Assembly (NCBI GenBank): GCA_028023455.1
Contig: JAQFVV010000005.1
Coordinates: 21,638,001-21,702,000, forward strand
Reading direction: 5' to 3'
Origin: Epiperipatus broadwayi
Taxonomy: Eukaryota; Animalia; Onychophora
Length of the DNA stretch: 64,000 nt
Shown here: in pieces, positions 12,216 through 24,700 of the stretch
How the letters are laid out: every line of letters begins with the position of its first letter
Numbering within the stretch: position 1 is the stretch's first letter
The notes under the pieces: model-generated
The model's database searches: none
What the model saw: the letters and a program-made list of their open reading frames with translations, nothing else
Told to the model about the DNA's origin: nothing
Program-made: the position numbers and the translations under genes

Positions 12216-13128
12216 GGTTATAACGAAGAAAGAAACCACTTCATTATACAGACAAACAAGTGTTTGCAAATTTGAATTACAAATACAAACAAAGGGAAAT
12301 ATCAATATATATATTTAATATAATTTAATTTTTTTACAAGTAAATGTCTTCTTGTAATGCATTTTCCACAGTATTTTTATTTAAAATATGACAGTATTGA
12401 CTGACAAACAGTCTTAGTTAAATATTTTGGAATATCTGAAGAAAACTATTAGATGATCAAAATGTCATATTTTAGATAAAAGCATTATGAGAAATGTCAT
12501 TTATGATTTAATAGAAGCAATGCAATAAGAGTGGAAGTTTTGCTTATCTTAAAAGATTACTTTTCATGTGTTTACTTTTCATCAGTAATCTTTCTAATCA
12601 ATAACAAAGCCTTTGCTAGACCTATTAATGCTAACATTTAAAAATTAATTTATGCTTTGTTATGAACTAAATCTTTTTAAAAGAGCATTTATTGTTCTGT
12701 GCAGATCGTGAAACTAACTTGATATGATTTTATAGCTACAGTACCAAAATGAAAGTATAAGGGATTCAGTTTTTCAATATTTATAGATTCGCAATGAATA
12801 ATTGTAAAAATCAATGCAAAAAAAAATACCTCTAGATTCAATTCTAAGAGATATTTTTTTTACAGAAGTTAAAAAAAAAGTCTTAAAATGTGTTAATTTT
12901 ATAAACAAGCTCATGTAATCGTTTAAAATTTTAAGTAATACCAATGTGTCACTTGATTCATTCAACCTATAAACATCACATGATCACCATTTCTTATGCT
13001 TTCTCTTAACTGTTATTAAAACAGACAAAATTCTCTCTATATATTGCCACTCAGTGCAAGCCAGAGTAATCAATGGATGCCAGAAGGCTTGTGCATAAAT
13101 CCCCATCTAGTGCCTACTCATACAATAT

Positions 13129-13168
13129 TCCCAGACTTGTTTCTGGCTTGTGGCCTTCGTCAGTGAGG
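13129..13168 (-). ncRNA. Hammerhead ribozyme motif, family A
   Basis: Minus strand reads CCTCA CTGACGA AGGCCACAAGCCA GAAAC AA GTC TGGGA. Confidence 0.7.
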
Positions 13169-13214
13169 AACCTTGGATCCGAGAGCACTGCACCTAAGAT
13201 CTAGATCCAAGGCT

Positions 13215-13254
13215 TCTCACTGATGAAGGCCACAAGCCAGAAACTAGTCTGGGG
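13215..13254 (+). ncRNA. Hammerhead ribozyme motif, family A, sense to the ABCC pre-mRNA
   Basis: TCTCA CTGATGA AGGCCACAAGCCA GAAAC TA GTC TGGGG. Predicted cleavage after C13249; helix III palindrome ACTAGT. Confidence 0.75.
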
Positions 13255-14820
13255 ATATTGGATGAGTAGGCACTAGATGGGGATTTTATGCACAAGCCTT
13301 CTGGCATCCATTGCTCACTCTGGCTTGCACTGAGTGGCAATACATATAGAGAATTTTGCCTGTTTTGATTCATTCAGTTTGTTACAGCAAGAACAAAACA
13401 CTTTTCTTCTCTCAACTATTCTAGCACCATATAGCTTGGATAATCAATACTCACTAAATGGAAGTACAGTTTATTAATTCCTATTCCCAAACTGGTTTTT
13501 GACTGTCAATGAGAACTCAACATTCAAAAGTAGAACCAATCATCAGCCATCTATTTTAATTTGATTTTTGGCTTAGAGTTTTCTAATTTTGAACTATTTA
13601 GTAAAAATGAATTAAAGATAACTACCAGATATATATATAAGTTCTTTAGTTCCAGATTTAAATCCTAAATCATCCTTGATAAAGGTAAAAGCAGATTAAT
13701 AAACTGCTCTGCCATCTGAGAACCATTGATTAACCTTACAATAGATATTACAAGAATAGTAATGGGAAGTATTCTGGTTGAAATATTTAAAGAATTTATT
13801 CTTGTTTACTATACAATCAGCTTAAATAACTAATAATAATATCCAGCAAAGTTTAAAATTTAAATAAGCAAAAGAATCTCTATTTTTTTTATAATATTAA
13901 ATAATTATCATATACGTAGAAAATTTTTTAGTCTTTCTTAAATATATAGAATGTACGCTCTAAACTTAAGTGATTCACTTAAGTTTTTTAAATTCTTACT
14001 GGCGGAAGAGTGCGCGCGGAGATTTATAATATTTAAGAATTAGCGCATTATCGGAGATTAACTTCCGTTTGAATTCTTTCTTAAATTGTAAGATAGGTTA
14101 AGTGTCAATTTTACAAATATTTTTTGTCAATAATATTGAAACGAAAAATGAGGCACGAAATGCTCTTCTGACCACGTTGTTTTCAAATAGTATCCGCCCT
14201 TCAAAGCACCTAAATGTTTAACTTTTGTTTTCATTTGAAGTTTTTCATGATTATGAATAATAAACGGATTGACTATTTCTTTAATATTTATCAATCTGCA
14301 TTGCACTGCTTCTTCATAAAGAAAGTCCAATCCTAAACATACTTGATCAATTATTGAATTTTTTTTTTGAAATGTTTGTGATATAAATAATTTAAAAAAA
14401 TATAGATGCTGTGTATTGCGTTAATGTATATATGTTCTAATAATTTTAAGAAGTCCGTAAATAAATTAGGACTTAACAAATATCTAACGCTGATAATATA
14501 AGCATATTCATGGAACAACTAAGTTCAAAAATATTACTATTATTCAAATAAAATTCCCAAAACGTCATTTAAATAAACTTGCAAATAAGACTTTTTATAC
14601 CAATGTTAATCTATTCATCAGATAGAAATTGACCACTTTTAGCCGTCATCTATTTTATTATACGGTATAAATCAAAAGCTGATACTTAAAAAGATAATTT
14701 TTGTCTTTATATTAATAAAGCCAGCTTACAATTTGAAAATATAAAATTCTCACAGAGCTGTCAATAAATTATACTTACCAAATATGCAGCATTAATGATA
14801 TAACTATGTCAAAAATGTTA

Positions 14821-14970
14821 GTAAACAGGCAAAAACTCTCCATATAGTAGTGCCACCTTGTGCTAACCAGAGTAATCAATGGATGCCAGAAGGCTTGTGC
14901 ATAAAATCCCTATCTAGTGCCTACTCATCCAATATCCCCAGACTAAACATGTGATGTTTAGTGGTTTATC
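14821..14970 (-). mobile_element. Family A copy truncated at the ribozyme cleavage site
   Basis: 11-bp TSD CAAAAATGTTA (14810-14820 / 14971-14981). Homology stops at CCCCAGACTA, followed by a small hairpin ACTAAACAT-GTG-ATGTTTAGT. Confidence 0.85.
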
Positions 14971-15689
14971 CAAAAATGTTACTATAATTTTCATAAATCA
15001 ATTAGAATTTTCAGATTTGTCTCGTAAGCAGGATTAGGTGTAGATATGTCTATATAATAGATTTTATCATTTTGTTGTTTCCATCCCCTTTAAATTATAT
15101 AATACTCTATGGAAATTTATTCCCCATTATTGAATTTATTTTAATTCACGATCTTTTCCCCAAACCATCATTTGAGATGGTGACTTATGATGTTTTTAAA
15201 GATAAAGTATTTATGTAGTTACATTTTCTGAAATAACACAACTAACTGTAGAGGGGGGGGGAGGCAAATTTTTTATTATAGATTTTAATGTGCCCAGCAT
15301 TATTCTCCGGGGGGGAAATAATCAAAAAAAGTTTTTAGGAAATACTCATCCTTCCAGTCTTTTCTGCATTGGTTATATTAATTCTGATATAAATAGCATC
15401 AATATTTAAACATTCCCCTATGCAATCTTTATTAAATTGTCCAATCCATTTGACAATAGAAAAGTTTTTCTTATTTGAAAGAGAAAAGCTCTCAGGAAGA
15501 CTTGCACAATTAAAACTGAGCTGCCCTGGAGAATTTAATAAAGTTGGTGCTTTATATTGTTTAAATGTGGTTGTTTATTTATATTACTATTCATTCAGTT
15601 ACTAATGGCCTGAGTTACAGCATTAACAGTGTAGTGGATTGTTCTTTATTGTATTTCTATTTCTACTTGCAGTCAGAGTTTTTGCAAGA

Positions 15690-16263
15690 CTCTTACCAGT
15701 TTCCATCTCTTGAAACTTGAATTTCTATAAATGTTTCATGTATAATGTATTAATCTTGTTTTTTCTTAAACTTTTACTGTTATAAATAATGATTTACTCT
15801 GCTTCAGTCATATATTTTAGGTTAGTAATCAGTGAATTCTGGATAATATCACCAAAATTTTCATATTAGTTTCTGGCTATTGACATTAGGGAAAAGCCTT
15901 AGATTTGCAGCACTTATCCCATAGTTCTTCTTACATAGTGTGGCAATGAAAATGTGATTGATTCTCTCTCCAAGCAATCTGCATCATCATCTCTGAATCC
16001 ATGTCTAGCAACAATTTTGCTATTCACCATAAAATTTTGAAGACATTAGCATGTCTGAATCATGAATTGTATGACATGAAATGTGACAATGTGTTTTGTA
16101 ACTTTTTAGAAAACCCACAAATCATCTTTATTGTTTTTCCACTATCACAAAATCTTGAAAGCCACTTGAAAATATTTGTATGATTCATGGCTTCACTGCA
16201 ATACAGTTTGAATCATTTCAAATGTTTCAGTAAACCATATTTAATGTTACCACATTGTTCCAT
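15690..16263 (-). mobile_element. Decayed mariner transposase remnant
   Basis: Frameshifted minus-strand peptides MEQCGNIKY / TETFEMIQTV / YCSEAMNHTNIFKWLSRFCDSG match the mariner N-terminal HTH pattern (MEQR..IKF...TETFEML..YG.EA....VFEWFKRF.EG). Confidence 0.6.
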
Positions 16264-17442
16264 TCTGCATTTTTTGTAAATATACAAAACATAATCACAT
16301 TTCATGTCGTAACTTATAATCCAGAAGTGCTAACACCTTAAAATTTTCCTGAATAACATATATATTGATTCCAAGCTGGCACTTTAGGCAGCTATGAACA
16401 TACTTTATATATATAATCAAGTTTATGTATAGTTAGTATTTATAGTTAGTAAATTCTTTCAACAATAGATTTCTTTATTTTGGGCTGTGTGTATATATAT
16501 ATTGTAACCTAACTAACCGACCAAAGACTGGTGGAACACAAGAGCAACCTTACAATCAAGCTCACCATGTTGGTGACTGAAAATACACCATGTATGTAAC
16601 CACAAGAATCCATAGGGAAGTATCAGGCCAGCTAAACAATCAATGGTTACAACAGGCATCATATGATATGGATTTTGAAACACCACCCCAGAGTATGAGT
16701 CTTCTTGTAGATAATACAGTACAAGGTTCTTTTATAATTCAAAAAAATATCTTATTTTAGTTCTTAAATTATCTTCATCTTAAATATAGGATCTTTTACA
16801 AATTTAGGATATCTTGATCTCAGGGCTCAAATTCAGAATAAATTGCACTTGGAACAAAATGTTAATGGTAATACTTTAACTTCTTAACAAAATATGATTA
16901 TTATTATTAAACTAAACATGGAACATTTGACATTTCTTTTAATTTATTTTGGAGTCTTAGTATTTTAAGAACGTAGACATGAAATTACATAAGAATACAA
17001 TACTCAAATACTGAAGTAATATATAATTGATAACTTGAAAAAACATTTAAATACTTTACAATTATTAAAATATAATTATTTCATTTTTACTGACTATAAA
17101 TTACAGAAATCTTATATTTTCTGATGCAAATTTGAATGAGCAATAAAAGGCAGTAAAGGCATCTTTTATGCTGCATATGAAATGAAGCAAATAATATATT
17201 TATCTTCTAAGAATACAGGTAAAATAAATAATAATTAAAATGAATGTATGCACACTATGTGACCATTGAAATGTACTTTTAAAAATAATTAATGCAAATA
17301 GTATTAAAGTAGATTTTCTGATAAATAGATGTACTTATAATGGCAATGAAGCAAAAACGTATTTAACCAATAATAAAATATTTATTTACAGCATATAATA
17401 ATCTTTATAATAAAAAATATTTATTTACAATAATTATTATTA

Positions 17443-17928
17443 CACGACCCATCACTCTCCACTCTATCTAATATCACTGATATACTTAAAAAGATAAATA
17501 ATCACCAATATACGCATTTCATGCTAAACCAGCAATCATCAGTTGGTCCAGATTATCATCTCTACACATATACACCATAAGTCCTCAGATATATATTAAG
17601 ATAGACAATCTTCATACTTTAATCGGCAGGCTTCAATCTACTCAACACTCCAACTCTTCAACCACCCATCCAATTGAAAATCTAATGATGGAATGCTCAA
17701 AGGCCACCCTGAGGCTGAGATTCTTGTCACATCCATGTTACTGATGATTGCTGGTTTAGCATGAAATACGTATATTGGTGATTATTTATCTTTTCAACAT
17801 ATATGTGTTTAAGTGTATCAGTCATATTAGATAGAGTGAAGAGTGGTGGGTCGTGTGAAAGTCTGTGCTCATATACCCTATATATTACATATATAGACAC
17901 AGGTATATAATAAGCCTGTGTTTCAGTT
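17443..17928. mobile_element. Family C fold-back repeat with hammerhead motifs on both strands
   Basis: 14-bp TSD AATAATTATTATTA (17429-17442 / 17929-17942). Arms about 17443-17541 and 17741-17852. Homologous to 28110-28947 and 62720-62837. Confidence 0.85.
17504..17547 (-). ncRNA. Hammerhead ribozyme motif, family C
   Basis: Minus strand reads ACCAA CTGATGA TTGCT GGTTT AGCAT GAAAT GCGT ATA TTGGT; perfect 5-bp stem I. Confidence 0.7.
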
Positions 17929-18475
17929 AATAATTATTATTATTTCTTTTAATTTACTATTTACAAATATTAATAACTAATACACTGGTGTGCCTTTCTT
18001 AAGACCATTTTTAAAATTTTATCATATAAGTCATATTTACTACCGAATAGTTCTCTTATTCACAAAATATAATCTTTATTTACAAACCCAGTACCCATAA
18101 CACAAAACAATATACCTCTATGCCTTTATCCAGGCTACTAGGAGATATTATACACTTGAAGTAAACAAAAGTAGTATGAACAATACCTACGATGGGGTGA
18201 GGAAATAATTATGCTCGACACTGACAATATACTTAAACAAAAATTATAGTGAAGCTAATAATGACTTGTAAAGCTGAACATGCCTGTGGATATAAACCAA
18301 AATATAATACAATATTAAAATTTTAGGCATAGTGGATAAGGGAAAAATATAATCTGACACCCGGTACTATGAACAAGCCACTTCTCTTTCATGGAGTGGA
18401 TAAATACGCTTAAAAGTAATATAACATCAACTTAAAATTGCTTCAAAAATATTACTAATAATAAAAGACATGGAG

Positions 18476-18497
18476 CTACTACTACTACTACTACTAC

Positions 18498-18532
<35 letters not shown>
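18476..18532. repeat. Compound microsatellite (CTA)n(ATA)n
   Basis: Direct reading of the sequence. Confidence 0.9.
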
Positions 18533-18537
<5 letters not shown>

Positions 18538-18783
18538 CATATGAATAATTGTTCATCTCACCTTCACATACAAAAAGGTATGAAATTCATTCACTCAGTT
18601 TAAGATTATATGTATACTGACAAACCTGGCATTGCATAATGGTGACAACACTTTATGTATTAACTACTTAAAATTCTCATACACATATTGATATTTATAA
18701 CACTTTCATTCATACAATACTTTTCATAATTACATAAAAGACTATTATAACCCTGGGTATAATCATTTATAATTTTGAATACT

Positions 18784-18895
18784 TAAACCAGTAAACATTA
18801 CATGATCACCATTCTTTATGCTTACACAAGCTGTTTATACAGAGGCCAAACTCTGGCTTGCATTGAATGGTGGTATGGAGAGTTTTGCCTCTACG
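18784..18895. mobile_element. Family A short inverted fragment
   Basis: Same two segments as 6871-6970. Approximate TSD TAATTTTGAATACT / TAATTTTAAACACT. Confidence 0.7.
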
Positions 18896-21800
18896 TAATT
18901 TTAAACACTCATTCGGAAAACTCCAGAATAATAAAACCAATGTATAAAATAAAACCTTCTACTATACATCTTACCAATTCTACCTCTGGAATACTATTCA
19001 TACAAATATTTATAATATAACTAATAATCATAATGTTATACCTATAAGCTAATGGCTATAAAAATTTTAAATATATATTTAAAAAAATACATAACTATAA
19101 TACCATCTTAGAGATTAACTAGTTCATTTCCTTTGTATAAGGAGCACTATCTCTTTTCAATCTTTTTTGTTATCTTCTGTACGTGATATATGAATACATA
19201 CATTGCTCTTTACTAAGTAGAACAGATACATATATATATAGAAATATTTTGTACAAAAATTTTACAATAATTTTACTTATGTAAAATAATAGAAGTTGGT
19301 GGCAAAGGATTCTAATGGCAAAAAGCTTCTTTCAAAGTGACTTTTTTTAAATGGCAACAAATCAGATGAACAATAAACAAAATAATTCTTTTTCTAAAAT
19401 TTCTCTTTATAAAGTTTTATTATTGTTAAAAATCAACTGTGGTAAAGATAAATTATATTTATTCCTTTTTAAATATAATAGCAATATACTCTAAGCAATC
19501 AGCAATTTAAAAACAGAATATTCAAATAAATAGATGAATAAGTAAACTTAAGATGAACAGCTATATTATTTGTTGTAATACAAAATAATAGTCTTTCATT
19601 ATGATAATTAGAAATTTAGTTTTCACACATTAGTTTTTTATGATAACTTTATAAGATAATTTTAAATAATTATCAATGCTTCCTTTTTTATATAGGTTTA
19701 ATAATCTTATAGAAATTCATCATTCTATAACTGACCTTGACATAAATATATTGATTATTTAGTAACAAATAATTAGTATATATAACTAATTAAAAGTTAG
19801 TTAAAACATATCAGAGATAGTCTTACAGCAAAATTCAGAATTTAAACTAATCTTATATAACAATGAAACAATATACTTTTTCTTATGTGACTTTTTTTGG
19901 ATTCCTTTAAAAGAAAAATATTAGACTTTTAGTATCTTTTAATAATTCAGTTAAATCTATGCTTTTAGGATGAACATTGCATGGATAACTTACTGGTTCT
20001 TTTACTCTATTATGAAGATGATAAAGAATTAAACTTTAACATTGACTTAAAATAAATATTCAAATAAAAACCAAACAATTTACTTCAAAACTGAAATATA
20101 ATTAAAATTTAAATGAAATGAAGTATGAGAAGTAGAAATAATTAAAATTTTTATTTGAATCTATTTTTATACTAGTGTTTTTATCTCTATCTATGCAAAA
20201 AGATCAATACTGCATTGCCTCTTTATTAACAAATGAGTTGCAAATCTGCATTATCATATTTAAATTAATAGTCATTATTAACTTTTAATTGATCTGACCT
20301 TGAACTCTGTACTTTAAATTCAAACAATTCAGTCATGTGACATCTAAACAATAAAAGAACTTCTTAATTAACAATTTTGTAAACTCAAAATAATTATCAA
20401 ATTAATTATTTAATAAAATTATTAACTAATTTTCCAATTAAGCATTTTTTGATTAAAATACCTTTTTTTCACTCTTTCTCACATTTTTTAAAAGCTTATA
20501 TATTTTTTAATAATTTTAAAATTGATTGACTATCCAATTTTTAAAATATACTTTTAATAACTTTTGTTTTTAACTTTCAACATCAACATGCATGCTCAAT
20601 ACACTTACACACATGAACATTAATATAATCAGTATTTAATACAATGAAAATAAATTAGCTATTGACTGACATTTAAAATCAATTAAAAATTAGAGCTAAT
20701 CTCAGTCAGTTATACTTACTATTTTAAAATTTTAAGTTTAAATACTTTCATATAAATTGATATTTAATAAATCAATTATTACTTAACATCATTTATTTTA
20801 AAAAATAAATAAAATCCTAGCAAAGTCATTTCAGACAGCATAGAAAAACTTTACCTCTTACATTTATTTAAAATATATTAAGCTTTAGATTAATGCTTCT
20901 TTTATTTAAATATTAATTTTATTTTTTCAAGTAAATATTAAACCATCTAAGATAATTGTTTAACTAACTAACTAGCCTAACTGAATTACTTTAACTCATG
21001 CTATTGAAATATATAATTTAATTTTTTTATTATGGTAACATAAATTTACTTATTATCTTATATAAAAAAAAATTAATGCTTTAAATCATATATCTAACCC
21101 AAAGAATTAAATATTTGATTATAATATATAGTAATGGGCACACATGCTGTTATAATAAATATAATTAGAAATTAAAAATAAAAAGTTTGCAAATAAAATT
21201 TGTTTTTAAAAATTGAAAATTAAAATTCATCTAAACTTATATATATATAAAATCACACTGATGAAAAATTATTAAAAGAAAACTTTATTAAAAAAAAAAG
21301 TATTTTAAAACTAAATTTTCAACAAAAACTTAAAGATTTAAAGATAAAAATATATCTTTAAGAATGTACAAAATTTAATTACTATTGTGTAAAAGCCTAA
21401 AAATGGAAATGATTATTTTTAATTAGTCTTAAGTAAACTAGCCCTTGGGCATCTTAAAAATTTATAATTAAAGGTCAGATAGGAGAGAAAAACAATAAGA
21501 ACAGAATAGCCAATAAAAAATCCCTCAGAAAACAGACTACAGCAAAAGAATCATCATCATCATGACATCATGTTCAGTTAATCCACAATTTTAATATAAA
21601 AAGGAAAAGATTGGAAATAAAATATGATGTGTGTTATATGTGTTAGTTCCAGGAGAGTTGAAGGAGAAGGGATTGAAAAGATGCACTTTCAATCCCTTAA
21701 GTTTTTCCAAAGGAAAGAAAAATAAAGTATCGTTTTTCTATATTGCAGACACCAGGGTCTGTGATAATATCCTGCAAAGAACTAGACCAGCTAGAACAAA

Positions 21801-24419
21801 GGACTTTCAGATAAATACCAATAGAATGGCTGTCAGCATACTGGTCTTCCCAGGACATCGTGGGAATTAGAAACAAATGGGATCCAAATTACAAGCAACT
21901 AGAAAATATGGACTTTTTCTCTTTAAAACCATAACTCTATATAACTAATGAACCTTAACTATAAAACTTTTCCAGTATTTAAATATAAATATGAATTCCT
22001 ATCTGACCAACTAAATCATTTGTTAATTATTTTTATTATATGTATTTTTAATCATTTCCGTTATTTTTTTTTTTTTTTGTCTTTTGAGTGTTTATTATGA
22101 TTTTTTTTATTAGGCTAAAAACTTTAAATCATGTTGAATTTAAATTGAGTCAGGATGGCTGCATAGATGATAAAGTTATGTTAGTTTAATTAAAGGGAGG
22201 GTTAATCTTAGGTTATTTGTTTCGCAGCTAAATTGGGTTAGTGGTTTGCATGTATTGGTGTAATTAGTAAATGCAGCATGATCCATTACATGCAAGATCA
22301 CATTATATGCCACACTTGGGTAAAATAGTCCCATTTCTTACTGACCATTGAAAGCAGACAGTATTCTCTGACCCTTGGATCATCTCTTTAGCCTATGGAA
22401 TGGGATCGTAAGTCAGCAAAAAGGATCACAATCCCTTCCTATGGAGTTTTTTTTATTGTTCTTCTCATCAGACAGATGAAGTATTCCTGTACTGGATGAG
22501 AGACATTTCTTCTAGATAACCATGCTGTTCAAATGTACCTTCCTGACAGTATGGTATTGTGCTATCGTATTCATGTTGCATTGAATACATCGATATATCA
22601 GACAGATTGGTGTTAGTTTGACTGCGAACTTTTGGCCTAGGGTTAAATAAGGGATATAGAATATTTTCTTTTTCAAATGCAATCTATGTACTCTATCCAT
22701 ATTCGACACTAATAAAAAATTAATCCATCTGTGTGAACTTCTAAAATAAAAAGTTAAAATATAAATTAAATTCTAAAATAAAAGTTAGGCTAAAATAAAT
22801 AATTCTGAATTTTATATATGTGCAAAATAAATGTTTCTGTGTATAGTTAATCTGGCAGTGGCTTATTCTTATATTTTTTTATTATCTTTATTTCTTTAAA
22901 ATTAAAATATATATTATCTCTGCTGCTCCATGAGCTAGTGACTGAGGCATTTGTCGTATTTATTTATAAAATAAAAATTGGATCTTAACAGTAAGTATCT
23001 GCCTACTATATAAATTTTCCAGGTTCGAATGGCCTGGTGGCACCCAGTACAGCAGATACAGTAAGACTCCATTACATCCCAACTGTTATAATATATAGGT
23101 CAATCAGCTTCATATAGAGTTAAACATGTAGAAATATTTTGTTTTGATCAATCTTATATATAAACTTACAGTAACATCTTGGTTACATCAGTCTCATGCA
23201 ACAATGGTATTTTAATGGTCCATGTAATTCCACCAGGTTGGGAAAGGGGAAAAGTCACATCTAACTACAGTCGGACTTTGGATCTAGGATGCTGATGATA
23301 ATGTGATGAAATGCATAACCAATGATTGCATCTATCTTTAATTGACTAGCTCTCTACCTATTTATTAATTTCAGATACAATTTAGGTTAGTTCATCCACC
23401 TCTTGCCCCTTTCCACACCATTATGCCCTAGTATTCAAACCCAGGGAGAATTTCCCTTTGACTCTTAACAGGTATAAACAGATACATGTAGCAACTTTTG
23501 CACCTTTATATAGATTACAACTAGCATTATTGGTACTCAATTTGTTATAAGACTATTATATAAAAATGAAATAGGTGTGTGTGCATATTGAAACTAATAT
23601 TTCACTATTGAATGCAATGTTAATTCAATAAATCAGAGACCAGAATAATGTAAACTGTTTAACATTTATTAACAATAATAAAATGAATTAAAAAGAAAAT
23701 ATTTTAACAATAATAAAAATATGTAATTATATGTGTGTCAAATAGGAACCTCTACCATTCCACCAGTTAATAATTTTATTGTTCCATCCCCTTTTCCCCA
23801 ATGGTAGAAATCCATTATGGCACTCATTACTTACAAGATCATGAAAAATAAGAATAAAAAAAATATTAATGATTTAAAATGATCAGGACACTAACTAACT
23901 AAGTTAAATATCCATTGCCTCATTTATAGTAATATTGTGATTCATTCTTGCTGAAAAACAATCTATTTGATTAAGACCCCCAATCTAAGTTTAATTACAT
24001 ATGATAGATAAAGGAATATACACTAGATAATTAGTCATTCACACTGAAATAACAATTGTTAATCAACAATAAGTAACATATAACTTGAACTCTGTAATCT
24101 ACTAAGTGTAATTTAATCTGAAAAAAATGGTTGAAAATCTTACCTCAATATGTATAGATAACTAGATGTCAAGCTGCTAAAAAATCAATGAACTGTTCTA
24201 AATTTTATTTACAATAATAAAAAAAATAACTAAGTTTAACCACCACCCCCCTTTCTTTTCTACTAATACTAAAAATGAAATCTCTTACAGAATAAACTGT
24301 GAAGTTCACGCTTCTGAGTAGGAAAATGAAACAACAAATAAAAGAAAAATCAAAGAAAATTTTACAATATTAATTAATCACTTGATGAAAATTAATGGTT
24401 AAAATAAAATTCATTGATT

Positions 24420-24700
24420 ATCTTGGTAATATAGTTCATGATGTTTTGGTGTGGAATTTTCCAATAAGCGGTTTAGCTCTCCATATCACTTCTCTGGCAA
24501 AGGATCGATCGTGCAGCGATGTCTCCTGGCATCATTTAAAATATAAACACATTGATCCTTAGCTGGTCCATCTCTTAATTCTCCTATGTACACTTTCTTG
24601 GACAGTAGGCATCTTCTTGTGTGCAGTGATAAAGTAGAAAATGGAAGTTTTACGCAGTCATGTTAGGGAAGAAAGCGGTCAACACCAGAGCATGACTGTT
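24420..24700 (-). mobile_element. RTE-clade LINE 3' fragment
   Basis: Minus frame RRCLLSKKVYIGELRDG resembles the RTE C-terminal RLPKKxLYGELxxG motif. Confidence 0.45.

Larger units (their letters stand above)
12965..13364. mobile_element. Family A head-to-head palindrome with two hammerhead motifs
   Basis: Inversion centre about 13198. Exact 12-bp TSD TTGATTCATTCA (12953-12964 / 13365-13376). Confidence 0.9.

Noticed and set aside
16505-16620. QRLVEHKSNL peptide resembling a GIY-YIG R..EH motif
   Set aside because: Too short, with no GIY/YIG residues upstream; cannot be supported without a profile search.
19000-21500. Extremely AT-rich tract that looked like a mitochondrial insertion (NUMT)
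   Set aside because: No mitochondrial protein motif, complete tRNA cloverleaf or rRNA signature could be recovered by eye; BLASTn against the mitogenome would decide.
23291-23325. CTGATGA TAATGTGAT GAAAT GC ATA, a hammerhead-like string with palindromic ATGCAT
   Set aside because: Stem I and stem II do not pair, so it was not counted. Similar incomplete strings at about 1090-1112 (minus), 12555-12586 (minus), 31115-31147 (minus) and 54390-54421 (minus) were also excluded.
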